Positions 17,880 to 26,975 of a stretch of 64,000 bases of DNA are shown here, piece by piece. Location of the stretch: contig CAZYIX010000001.1 in NCBI GenBank assembly GCA_964647665.1, positions 115,606-179,605 on the forward strand, read 5' to 3'. Within the stretch, counting starts at the first letter, position 1, and each line of letters opens with the position of its first letter. A program made the position numbers and the translations under genes. Source of the stretch: an uncultured Candidatus Poseidoniales archaeon. GTDB lineage: Archaea; Thermoplasmatota; Poseidoniia; Poseidoniales; Thalassarchaeaceae. Under the pieces are notes generated by a model. The model saw only the letters and a program-made list of their open reading frames with translations, made no database searches and was not told the origin of the DNA.

Positions 17880-18307
17880 TCACCAGCAACCCAAACTCCG
17901 CCGGACAACACCAAATCGATTGGCCAAAATCTCGCATCATCAGCATCGTCGCCTCCAACCGGCTCATCATCACCGTCAACTTGAACTTCGTATACAATCG
18001 ACACGACGTGCTTGCGAGGATCCCTCAACGGGTTGCCTTTGACGGTGACAAGCCCGACCATCTGACCAGATAGACCAGTCTCCTCAGCCAACTCTCGAAT
18101 TGCAGCATCCTTTGGGTCTTCTCCATGGTCAACAAAGCCACCGGGTAGAGCCCAACTGCCTTTCCACGGGTCCCCTCCACGCTGGATTAGCAGTATGGTT
18201 TCCCCGCGTTTTACCAGTGCGTCGACGGCTAAGGACGGATTGTGGAATCCATCGTGCCCGCATTCAGGACACTCCTTGCCATTTTCATGCGAATGTTCAG
18301 CCATCAT
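17846..18307 (-). CDS. Nudix hydrolase with N-terminal zinc-ribbon
   Basis: Nudix box GGFVDHGEDPKDAAIRELAEETGL (GX5EX7REUXEEXGU) preceded by a CPECGH...H Zn-ribbon-like motif. Confidence 0.75.
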   Translation of the reverse strand: MMAEHSHENGKECPECGHDGFHNPSLAVDALVKRGETILLIQRGGDPWKGSWALPGGFVDHGEDPKDAAIRELAEETGLSGQMVGLVTVKGNPLRDPRKHVVSIVYEVQVDGDDEPVGGDDADDARFWPIDLVLSGGVWVAGDHTDILRDWLS

Positions 18308-18313
18308 AACACC

Positions 18314-19240
18314 TCACGAGCCGAACCGGCGTTTTCTCATCTGATAGGAGTAAATCGCTTCAAACAGGTCTTGCCGAGAGAAAGAAGGCCAGTGAACATC
18401 GGTGAAGTGCAACTCAGAATAAGCGATTTGCCACAATAGGAAATTGGAGATTCGCTCCTCTCCGCTGGTGCGAATCACCAGGTCTGGGTCAGGAAGGTCG
18501 GCGGTGTACAATCTCTCAGAAATTGTCTCAGGGGTGATGGAATCGAGAGCCATTTCTCCACTGGCGTGCTCAGAAGCGACTTGACGAACAGCATCGACGA
18601 TTTCCTCACGGCCACCATAGGCTAGGCAGACGGTAAACAGAAATCCCTCGTTTTTGGCGGTAAGTTCCTGCACCTCAGTGATGGCTTCGCGTACGCGCTC
18701 GGGTAGCATCTCAAGACGACCTACAGCCTGCACCCTGACCTTGTTTTTGTGGATTCGTTCATCCTCACCCAATTCCTTGAATCCAGCCACATATAGGTCG
18801 TATAGTGAATCCAATTCCCCAGGGTCTCTTTCATGGATATTCTCAGTGGACAGAGCATAGACGGTGAAATAGGGTATTTCGAGTTCAAGAACCCAATCCA
18901 TCACATCCTTCAATTTCTCTTTGCCATGTTGGTGGCCAATTTCGGTTTCCACCCCTTGGCCGAAGGCGAATCTGCGATTACCATCCATGATTATCGATAC
19001 GTGTTGTGGCAACTTGCCTGCTTTGATGCGGTCCCGCAGTCGATTGACTCGCACTCGGTCTGTGCGAGAAATGACGCTCCATGCGGGGCGTGAGTTTGCA
19101 ATCCAGCGCGCGGGAGCAGAAAAAATTCGGAATTTCAGCAGCCAGTGAGCCATCCTGTCGATAGTGCGGCCCAGCCATCCCATTCTCTCACCACCGAGCG
19201 CACCCTTGCGTGTGCGCTGTACACTCGAATGGTGGTGCAC
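18314..19240 (-). CDS. uppS: Undecaprenyl/polyprenyl diphosphate synthase (cis-prenyltransferase, UppS family)
   Basis: HVSIIMDGNRRFA signature and downstream conserved RxG / LLWQ...E motifs; ~50-aa N-terminal extension. Confidence 0.85.
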   Translation of the reverse strand: MHHHSSVQRTRKGALGGERMGWLGRTIDRMAHWLLKFRIFSAPARWIANSRPAWSVISRTDRVRVNRLRDRIKAGKLPQHVSIIMDGNRRFAFGQGVETEIGHQHGKEKLKDVMDWVLELEIPYFTVYALSTENIHERDPGELDSLYDLYVAGFKELGEDERIHKNKVRVQAVGRLEMLPERVREAITEVQELTAKNEGFLFTVCLAYGGREEIVDAVRQVASEHASGEMALDSITPETISERLYTADLPDPDLVIRTSGEERISNFLLWQIAYSELHFTDVHWPSFSRQDLFEAIYSYQMRKRRFGS

Positions 19241-19267
19241 ACTTGATGGGTTCGGGTGCGCGGCTGC

Positions 19268-19804
19268 CTAGTCGAATACCATGCTGGAGCGAGCAGCCAT
19301 GTTCTGGCGAACAGATGCTGGTGCATTGACCACAATGACTTCTCCAGCCACTTTCCATACTGGGAAATCATGGCTTGAATTGCCTGCATATGCAAATCCA
19401 CCTTCGCCAAATCGGGCTACAAGTGCGTCGGCCTTTGCCTGCTTGCGCAGGTTCACTTCTCCGTCGCTTGCCATCACATCAGAGAATAGTCCAACGTGTT
19501 CTGCGATACGTTCTGCGACCGCCCTCTCGGAAGCGGTACACAAGATGACCTCACGACCCGATTCTTTCTGTTCGGCGAGCCAAGAGCGAAATTCCTCGTG
19601 ATATTCGAGTTCAGCAGGGTCGAAATCGAGGCGTCGGCCGAGGTCGCGCTTCCATCGCGCCCGCTTACCAATGATTTCCAGGCAAACGACCTTCAGCAGC
19701 AACCATGGGCGTGGCAATACCACTCTACGAATGGTCACCCGCGACATATCGGTCTTGATTAGCGTACCATCGAGGTCGACGGCCAGCGGCAGAGCATCAG
19801 CCAT
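19268..19804 (-). CDS. HAD-superfamily phosphatase (subfamily IB-like)
   Basis: N-terminal DLDGTL motif I (LAVDLDGTLIKTDM) and downstream motifs of the HAD fold. Confidence 0.55.
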   Translation of the reverse strand: MADALPLAVDLDGTLIKTDMSRVTIRRVVLPRPWLLLKVVCLEIIGKRARWKRDLGRRLDFDPAELEYHEEFRSWLAEQKESGREVILCTASERAVAERIAEHVGLFSDVMASDGEVNLRKQAKADALVARFGEGGFAYAGNSSHDFPVWKVAGEVIVVNAPASVRQNMAARSSMVFD

Positions 19805-19868
19805 GTTTTCAGTCTCGCTGCTCCGCTAGCCGCCATGAACCCTCCCAAGCCTCAAGTCCGGCAGGGCT

Positions 19869-21215
19869 TTGTTACAGACACAGTCACGCGTGTGCGTGGA
19901 GGAAGCGGTGAAAGACCACTTGGGCGACGACCCACACGACGGGCTCTCCGACGAGATGTGGTTTCCTACGGTTGCGGTTACCAAGGTAGACGCTTCCGAT
20001 GCAGATTCACCTTCTGGATTCACTGCCAAAACCATGCATGTACGCTGGGACAGTCTACCGCTTCAGCTTCCCGATGGTGACCTCGCTGACCCTGAATGGT
20101 GGGCGAAAGTCAGCGAAAACGAAGGTTGCTGGGGCCAATGGCCAGAATTGACAGACATCCCTGCAGTTCTTCCTTCGCCAGTAGGTTGGTCAGTCGAATT
20201 CGCTGATTGGCTCATCGATGTGTTGCCTTTGGATGAGAAAGGCCACGGCAAAAGGCTGGGAGAATTGACATGTGACGTGCTTGATAGTGCGGTTGCAGGC
20301 TTGCAGTGGCAAGGTTGTGACCTCATTCTCATTCGGCCGGTTCGAGGACCCAGTGGAGGAGGTCAGTCCGGATTGAATTGCTCAGAATTACTGACTGATG
20401 CTATCGAGGCCGGTGAGAAAGAAACCGCTTTTGGCATTTGCAAGGCGGTCGGCAAGGCTCTCGGCAGATTCCACGCTTCGGCCAGCGAGGTTCGAGCCAC
20501 CCCTCCCGATGAGCGCCGTTGGAACAACCGCACGCAGGTATTGGAGAAGCGCACACGTTCAGCGACGGTTTGGCGAGCCTCCCACAGCGATGATACTCAA
20601 GGAACAATCACCCATGGAAACTTTGGTTTTCAAGTCGTTTGGTTCGAGGGTGATGAAGCGTATATCGAAGCCTGTGTAGGTGGAGTCTATCACACGCTAG
20701 CCCCTTCCTCCGCCAACTTCCCCGCAGTGCGTGACGTGGCAGCCGGATACGCTTCACTGACAGGCATTTGTGCGAATTCCAACAATTCTGATGCTGCTTC
20801 CTTGTTGTCTGAATTGCGCCGCTGTTTCTTCGAAGGATGGTGCAGCACCGCTCCCAAGCGATGGCATTCTGCGCAGGCTCTCGACACCAATAGAGGTGGC
20901 GTGGCATACTGGGAGTACGAGCAGATGATTGAGCATCGGTTATTCCATCAGGCATTCGGTTCCGACGAACCATCCTTTGTCACCCGATACCTCGCCAGCG
21001 TTTCAGGTATGCAAAATCGGATGTATCAGGCGAGAACCTTGGCTGTTGCCGGCTTGATTTGCTTCGCAATTCCACCCGCTGCTGCGTTCTACTGGCTGTT
21101 CTACCCGGGCTCGCCCTCACCAACGCTCTCGGATATTGGCGCAATGGGTGTGCTAGTGTTGTGTGGCTTTGCGTTGCGCCGACTTTACAATTCAAGCGGC
21201 GCACCACCTCACTGA
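19869..21215 (+). CDS. Hypothetical protein, possibly kinase-like (APH/phosphotransferase fold) with C-terminal TM helices
   Basis: 448 aa. HGNFGFQVVW...GDEAYIEACVGG loosely resembles the APH catalytic and DxE regions. Two C-terminal hydrophobic helices. Weak. Confidence 0.35.
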   Translation: MLQTQSRVCVEEAVKDHLGDDPHDGLSDEMWFPTVAVTKVDASDADSPSGFTAKTMHVRWDSLPLQLPDGDLADPEWWAKVSENEGCWGQWPELTDIPAVLPSPVGWSVEFADWLIDVLPLDEKGHGKRLGELTCDVLDSAVAGLQWQGCDLILIRPVRGPSGGGQSGLNCSELLTDAIEAGEKETAFGICKAVGKALGRFHASASEVRATPPDERRWNNRTQVLEKRTRSATVWRASHSDDTQGTITHGNFGFQVVWFEGDEAYIEACVGGVYHTLAPSSANFPAVRDVAAGYASLTGICANSNNSDAASLLSELRRCFFEGWCSTAPKRWHSAQALDTNRGGVAYWEYEQMIEHRLFHQAFGSDEPSFVTRYLASVSGMQNRMYQARTLAVAGLICFAIPPAAAFYWLFYPGSPSPTLSDIGAMGVLVLCGFALRRLYNSSGAPPH

Positions 21216-21226
21216 TTTTCGTTCGA

Positions 21227-21838
21227 TTAGTCAATGCGGGTGAAGGTTCCATTGTCGTATGAATAGGTGCGCGGTACACCGGTCGGCAACTCAAGAGAGA
21301 GAACTTCCTCTGACGAGAGCCCGTCCAATTTCATCACGATTGAGCGTAGCGAGTTTCCGTGTGCTGCCACCAACACATTTCGTCCAGCCTCAAGGTCGGG
21401 AATAATCTCCTCGTCAAGATAGGGCAAAGTGCGCTCAGCACAGGTGGCAAGCGACTCGCCTTCGGGAGGAGGTACATCGTAGGAGCGACGCCAGATGTGG
21501 ACCTGTTCGGCCCCGTACTTGGCGCGAGTCTCATCCTTGTCAAGTCCTTGTAGCGCACCATAATGCCGCTCATTCAACCGCCAGTCCTGTTTGGTCGGCA
21601 CCTCCGCATCGGATGCGGTGTTATGCTGCATGACAATCTCTGCAGTCGCTTGCGCACGCACGAGGTCACTGGTGTGGACAACATCGAAGCAGATCTCGGC
21701 CAACTGTCGCCCAGCTTCAGCCGCTTCCTCACGTCCGACCTCAGAGAGAGGGACATCGGTCCAACCGGTGAAACGGTTGGCTGCATTCCATTCTGATTGC
21801 CCGTGCCTTAGCAGCACTAGCATTTGCATGGGTCTCAC
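21227..21838 (-). CDS. gpmA: Histidine-phosphatase family phosphoglycerate mutase (GpmA-like)
   Basis: LLRHGQSEWN catalytic motif (RHGxSxWN) at the N-terminus and GpmA-like length (203 aa). Confidence 0.8.
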   Translation of the reverse strand: MRPMQMLVLLRHGQSEWNAANRFTGWTDVPLSEVGREEAAEAGRQLAEICFDVVHTSDLVRAQATAEIVMQHNTASDAEVPTKQDWRLNERHYGALQGLDKDETRAKYGAEQVHIWRRSYDVPPPEGESLATCAERTLPYLDEEIIPDLEAGRNVLVAAHGNSLRSIVMKLDGLSSEEVLSLELPTGVPRTYSYDNGTFTRID

Positions 21839-22947
21839 TCCGCCTTTTGACGGCGCTCGCGTGGCTCATAGAATTGTAGTCCAAGATCCTTGGCCAACTT
21901 CATCACATCGAGTAGGAAATCCTCGCGAGCAATACGCTCCTGCTTGCCTGAATCAATGTCCCAATACATGTTGACGGTGACATCGATGCTTTCTGGACCC
22001 AGAGCCGCAACCCGTGCCCAAGAGGAATCTTTCTTCATGGTCTGGGTATTTTCTACAACCATGCTGGTAATGCCGTCACAGAAGCCTCTGACCGCATCCG
22101 GGTCACTATCCAAGTCGAGGTGGAATTTTGGTTGGTAACGGCGCCAGCGACGCTTTCCGAAGTTTTCCACAGCCTGGCTCACCAGATTAGCGTTAGGCAG
22201 TGTGATGACTGTATCCGTACCCGTACGAAGCAATGTGGTTCGCAGGCCAATCTCGATGACCTCGCCTTCTGCGTTCTTGGTCACAATCCAATCACCGACC
22301 TTGAATGGCCGGTCGAGCAGCACAGTTACGGCTCCAAAGATGTTGGAGATGGTATCCTTTGCTGCCAATGCAAGCGCAAGACCAGAGATACCCAGTCCAG
22401 CGATGAGGGTAGCGAGGTTGAAGTCGAGCGCGTTAGCGATGAGAACAGCACCGAAGACGACGATTAGGAATCGCAACACGCTCTCAAGCGCACTGATTAG
22501 TGTCCTCTCCGAGCCATCCAACTCGTCATCATCATCCCACCAGTCAACGACTGATTCGACCATTCCGACCTTCTTCAAGGCCCAGGAGATTACTGCGAAC
22601 AACATCATCAGATGAGCGATTGCAGGCAGCCAAAAGGCAGCCGCGCTCGGCATTATTACGTTGGAATCAGCCAAATCCATGCCAGCGACGAGGCGCTCGC
22701 TGAGTTGCCAGAATAGGCCGGCAGCGGTTGCAGTGCCTAGAGTGCCTCGGCTCTCTTTGATTGTCTTCGCTGCGATTTCTGAGCGTTCAGCCAAATTACT
22801 GAACACGCGCGTGACCAATTCCATGGTCAGTGCCCGTGCAACTACGCCCAATACCATGAGCGCGATAAGCACCCCTAGTGTACCTTGATTGAATCCTAGA
22901 TACTCGGTTTCCCAGCCGGGAATCAACTCAACATACTGTTCCATCAA
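21835..22947 (-). CDS. Small-conductance mechanosensitive channel (MscS family)
   Basis: N-terminal TM helices followed by the MscS beta-domain signature DRPFKVGDWIVTKNAEGEVIEIGLRTTLLRTGTDTVITLPN. Confidence 0.8.
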   Translation of the reverse strand: MMEQYVELIPGWETEYLGFNQGTLGVLIALMVLGVVARALTMELVTRVFSNLAERSEIAAKTIKESRGTLGTATAAGLFWQLSERLVAGMDLADSNVIMPSAAAFWLPAIAHLMMLFAVISWALKKVGMVESVVDWWDDDDELDGSERTLISALESVLRFLIVVFGAVLIANALDFNLATLIAGLGISGLALALAAKDTISNIFGAVTVLLDRPFKVGDWIVTKNAEGEVIEIGLRTTLLRTGTDTVITLPNANLVSQAVENFGKRRWRRYQPKFHLDLDSDPDAVRGFCDGITSMVVENTQTMKKDSSWARVAALGPESIDVTVNMYWDIDSGKQERIAREDFLLDVMKLAKDLGLQFYEPRERRQKAE

Positions 22948-23018
22948 ACTCGGCGACCTACCTTTCCTCTTTCTTCCTTTCGCTTTGTCTAACAGTCAAT
23001 CTAATTCCAAATGGATAC

Positions 23019-23044
23019 GGAACACGTCCCTTTGGGACTGTTCC
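23019..23044. promoter_or_regulatory. 26-bp nested palindrome GGAACACGTCCC-ttt-GGGACTGTTCC in the divergent mscS / M14-carboxypeptidase intergenic region
   Basis: Inverted repeat read directly, ~55-80 nt upstream of both divergent start codons; candidate operator. Confidence 0.35.
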
Positions 23045-23102
23045 GAGAAGGCGAGCATACATTTGATTCAAGTAATGGAGCAGAATCGAAAGGTCGGTGC
23101 GC

Positions 23103-25238
23103 ATGAGTCGGAGTCGTCGCTACAAGGCAATGTTCGGCCTAATGCTGTTCATCACTCCTCTGCTTACCGGCAGTTTGGCTACCATCCAAGATGACGACCC
23201 TGTCGGTCTTTCTCCTGAAGATATCTGGGATGACGAATATGTCGACAACATATTTCCTTGGGATGATGATGACCGCAACCAGTTCAACTCCTACCATGAT
23301 TACTTCACCATGAAGAATCGAATGCTGGAACTTGCAGAGCAGAATCCCGACATCATGTCGTTCCATGAAGGTCTCATCGGCGGCGAGAATGCTCGCGGTG
23401 ACGTGATGACCTCTAACGACTACGAAGGTTGGTTTTACGGCCATTCCAGTCCGTGGATGAAGATTACTGGCGGAGAGGAAGGCCCGCACGGTGGTGATTG
23501 CAATGCCTATGTTGGTGACTGCGGCAACTATGATGACCGTCCTGACGTTATGTTGGTCGGCAACCATCACGCGCGCGAATGGATGTCGTATGAAGTGCCG
23601 CTGCTATTCCTTGAAACCGTCGCCTACTACTACGGCCGCATCGGTGTTGACAACGATGGTGACGGCCAAATCAGCGAAGACCCGTGGGGCGACGCTAACA
23701 ACGATGGCCAACTTGACGACGATGGCGACTGCCTTTCACTCAACAGTTCATACCAAGACAGCAATGGAGACGGAATATTGTGTGGTCCCGGCGATATGGG
23801 TGTGGATGAGGATTTCTCGGAACAGTGGCTCACCGACTTGATTGACAGCCGTGAGATCTACCTGATTCCAATGCTCAACGTCGATGGCAATCGATACGAC
23901 CGTGAGGTATTCTGCGGCGAAGACGCTTGGAATTGTGCTTCGGCCGGTTGGAGGAAGAACCTCCGAGACAACACCCACACTGGAGTCACCCCTATCCCCG
24001 ATGTTGACGAGGAGATTGACGAGGGCTGCGACGGGGTCGACCTCAATCGCAATTACCAGTTTGAGTGGGGAGCACCTTTGGGTGCAACCGGTCCTCTTTT
24101 CCCGGGATTTTGCTATGCTGACGGCCCTAACAACGACGTCTACAACGGACCGGTGAACTACGAGGACAACGACGATGACGGCCTCGTCAACGAGGACCAC
24201 GTCGATGGGAAGGATGACGATGCCGATGGTAAGATCGATGAGGATTGGATGGGAGGAAATACCGAACCTGAGACCAAATTCATTCAGGATATCACAGAGA
24301 TGAATGATGACGATGGTGACGGGGCATCCGATTTCGCAGCAACCCTCACTTGGCACTCTTACTCTGAACTTGTGTTGTATCCGTGGGGTCACTGTCAAGG
24401 CTGCTCTGCGCCTGATGAAGCTGAATTGATTTATCACGGTGCAATGATGGCCGAGATGACTCTCTATGAGAACATGCAATCCAGCGACCTGTATCCGACT
24501 ACCGGAGACTTCTGCGACTGGCATTATGGTGTACACGGTTCGTTCTGCTACACCATCGAAATTGGCACTGCCTTCCATCAGCAGCCCGAGGATATTCGAC
24601 ACATCGCTGTGCGCAACCTCGGTGTTGCCTTCTACATGGCCGAGGTTGCCGATAACCCGGTCGAGCGGGCTCGTATTGGAATCGAGGCTGCAGATGCAAA
24701 CCAGTGGCTTATCCACCCCGACAATCTCACCCTTCCCGACGAAGGCCCTGTTCCAATCACCATGTGCATTGACCCGGTATTCCCGTGGTCACAAGACATC
24801 AATGCCTCGCACGTGAAGTGGCGTGTAGTCACCCCATCTCGCCAACAGTCGGATTACGGCCCTCGTGAATGGCAATTTGAGGATTGGAAGCGTAGTGGAT
24901 TCATGGACAGCGGTCTCAATTGTACTCTGAATGACGGTGATAATGGGACTCTCATCGTGTCTCAGGTACCGGTTCCCGATGACACGGCTGGCAAATTACA
25001 CTACAAGGCGACAATTGGAACATTGTCTGGCACCTTCCCATTCCAATATCCGGCGCAGGGAGTCTACCATGAGAAGGCGGTGCCTTGGCGAGCACCATTC
25101 GGCAACACGATGTGTGCACTATTCCTATTCCTCATGGTTGCAGGAGCCGTATGGGGTAGCCTTGGCACTGCGATAGTGAAAATGAATTCCTCAGCAGATT
25201 CAGCAGATTCTCCTCCTACGGAGGAGGAAGTCGCTTGA
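23103..25238 (+). CDS. Secreted zinc carboxypeptidase (M14 family) with Asp-rich Ca-binding-like repeats and C-terminal TM anchor
   Basis: Signal peptide (AMFGLMLFITPLLTGSLA). M14 zinc-ligand motif HHAREWMSYE (HxxE). DxDxDG-type repeats (DNDGDGQISEDPWGDANNDGQLDDDGD; NDDDGLVNEDHVDGKDDDADGKIDED). Hydrophobic C-terminal helix followed by a short acidic tail. Track GTG 23097. Confidence 0.8.
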   Translation: MSRSRRYKAMFGLMLFITPLLTGSLATIQDDDPVGLSPEDIWDDEYVDNIFPWDDDDRNQFNSYHDYFTMKNRMLELAEQNPDIMSFHEGLIGGENARGDVMTSNDYEGWFYGHSSPWMKITGGEEGPHGGDCNAYVGDCGNYDDRPDVMLVGNHHAREWMSYEVPLLFLETVAYYYGRIGVDNDGDGQISEDPWGDANNDGQLDDDGDCLSLNSSYQDSNGDGILCGPGDMGVDEDFSEQWLTDLIDSREIYLIPMLNVDGNRYDREVFCGEDAWNCASAGWRKNLRDNTHTGVTPIPDVDEEIDEGCDGVDLNRNYQFEWGAPLGATGPLFPGFCYADGPNNDVYNGPVNYEDNDDDGLVNEDHVDGKDDDADGKIDEDWMGGNTEPETKFIQDITEMNDDDGDGASDFAATLTWHSYSELVLYPWGHCQGCSAPDEAELIYHGAMMAEMTLYENMQSSDLYPTTGDFCDWHYGVHGSFCYTIEIGTAFHQQPEDIRHIAVRNLGVAFYMAEVADNPVERARIGIEAADANQWLIHPDNLTLPDEGPVPITMCIDPVFPWSQDINASHVKWRVVTPSRQQSDYGPREWQFEDWKRSGFMDSGLNCTLNDGDNGTLIVSQVPVPDDTAGKLHYKATIGTLSGTFPFQYPAQGVYHEKAVPWRAPFGNTMCALFLFLMVAGAVWGSLGTAIVKMNSSADSADSPPTEEEVA

Positions 25239-25241
25239 TAG

Positions 25242-26969
25242 GTGGTGAAACTAATGGGTGGCAGTGACCAGTTCAGCAGCCGGTGGGGTTTGATTTTCGC
25301 AACCATTGGCGCTGCTATTGGCACCGGTAACATCTGGCGATTTCCACGCATGGTAGGTGCTAACGGCGGCGGAACTTTCCTGATTCCATGGTTGATTTTC
25401 CTATTCGCTTGGTCTATTCCGTTGGTCATCGCTGAGTTTGCTCTGGGCAAGCGCTCGCGAACTGGAACCATCGGCACATTCCGCATCTTCGCTGGCAAGC
25501 GATACGCTTGGATGGGGATGTGGACAGCATGGATTTCAACAGCGATTGGATTCTACTACGCTGTTGTCGCCGGCTGGTGCATGAATTACTTCCGGCTCGG
25601 ATTCACCAACGGCCTATCAGGAGGGATTGATACAGTCGAGGTTTGGAACTCCTTCCTGCACAATACTTGGCTGGTCATTCTGTTCCAATTCCTAGTCATC
25701 CTCATCACGCTTGGTGCAATATGGGGTGGTGCAAAAATGATTGAGAAGGCGAATACCTACATGATGCTCAGTCTGTTTGCGCTGCTATTCCTTGCGTTAT
25801 TCCTCGCGCTGTGGATGGACTTCTCTGATGGAACGTTGGATGGAGCCCTGTTCATGTTCAGTGTCGATTTTGAGATTCTCGCCCAACCAGAAACTTGGAT
25901 TAACGGTTTATCCCAATCTGCCTGGTCTTGTTCTGCCGGAATGGGCATGGCCATCACCTATGCTGTTTACATGCGAAAAGACGAGGATATCACCCTCAAT
26001 GCATTCACTATGGGTTTGGCTAACAACAGTATCTCCATCATCGCAGGTCTAGCAGTTCTCTCAGCAATCTTCGCGGTTCAAGACGACCCTCTTGGTACGG
26101 TAACCGGCGGCTCAAGTGCCATCACCTTCCTAGCCTTGCCAGAGGTTTTCGCTCAAGCCCCGGGAGGGCCTTGGGTCGCTTGGCTGATGATGTGGTCATT
26201 CTTCCTCGCTCTCACTTTCGCTGCACTCACTTCAATGATTAGCACAGTTGAATTGTGCGTGCGCAACTTCGTTGACCATGGATTCAGCCGCAATTCATCA
26301 GTTTTCATCGTCGGAGGCGCAATCTGGGCCTTTGGTTTACCGAGCACATTTGTGTGGATTCACATGGACAGCGAAGGCGTTGCCTTCCCAGAGTTCCTTG
26401 AAGTGCAAGACCACATCTGGGGATATGGACTGATGTTCAGCGGCCTATTCATTGCATATACCATCTGGAAATACGGCTGGAAGGTGTGGAGAGAACGTGT
26501 GGATAGTGGAGAGGCTCACGATGACATTCAGGGCTATCTTGAGCACGGAGTATCCGCGTTCCGTGATGAATTCATCAATACTGGTGACAATGATTTGTGG
26601 ATTGGTCGCTGGTGGGATGTGGTCATGTACATTTTCTTCCCGGTGCTATTTACCGTTCTAATCGGCTCATACTTCGCCGACCTGATTTTCTCTTTCGACC
26701 CGTGGTACGCTGCCTTTGCTCCGTTCGACCCGCATGGCGCGGGCATCATTTTCCTGTTCTGGGGAGTGGTCGGTAGCACGTTCTACTTCGGTAATCGCTT
26801 GCTAGTTTCTCGCCCGTTATTCCGCAATGTGCCTGAAGGTGCTGATGCTGACATTTCGATGCTACCGGGGGGCGTTGACCCGCTTGTCGGCGTCGCCGGA
26901 GAGGCCATCGAAGGATGGGAGCACCTGTATAATCCGGACGAAGATGTATTGGACGCGGAACTCACGTGA
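25242..26969 (+). CDS. Sodium:neurotransmitter/amino-acid symporter (SNF/SLC6 family)
   Basis: GNIWRFP signature (GTGNIWRFPRMVGANGGGTFLIPW) and ~12 TM helices. Confidence 0.85.
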   Translation: MVKLMGGSDQFSSRWGLIFATIGAAIGTGNIWRFPRMVGANGGGTFLIPWLIFLFAWSIPLVIAEFALGKRSRTGTIGTFRIFAGKRYAWMGMWTAWISTAIGFYYAVVAGWCMNYFRLGFTNGLSGGIDTVEVWNSFLHNTWLVILFQFLVILITLGAIWGGAKMIEKANTYMMLSLFALLFLALFLALWMDFSDGTLDGALFMFSVDFEILAQPETWINGLSQSAWSCSAGMGMAITYAVYMRKDEDITLNAFTMGLANNSISIIAGLAVLSAIFAVQDDPLGTVTGGSSAITFLALPEVFAQAPGGPWVAWLMMWSFFLALTFAALTSMISTVELCVRNFVDHGFSRNSSVFIVGGAIWAFGLPSTFVWIHMDSEGVAFPEFLEVQDHIWGYGLMFSGLFIAYTIWKYGWKVWRERVDSGEAHDDIQGYLEHGVSAFRDEFINTGDNDLWIGRWWDVVMYIFFPVLFTVLIGSYFADLIFSFDPWYAAFAPFDPHGAGIIFLFWGVVGSTFYFGNRLLVSRPLFRNVPEGADADISMLPGGVDPLVGVAGEAIEGWEHLYNPDEDVLDAELT

Positions 26970-26975
26970 TGCAGC

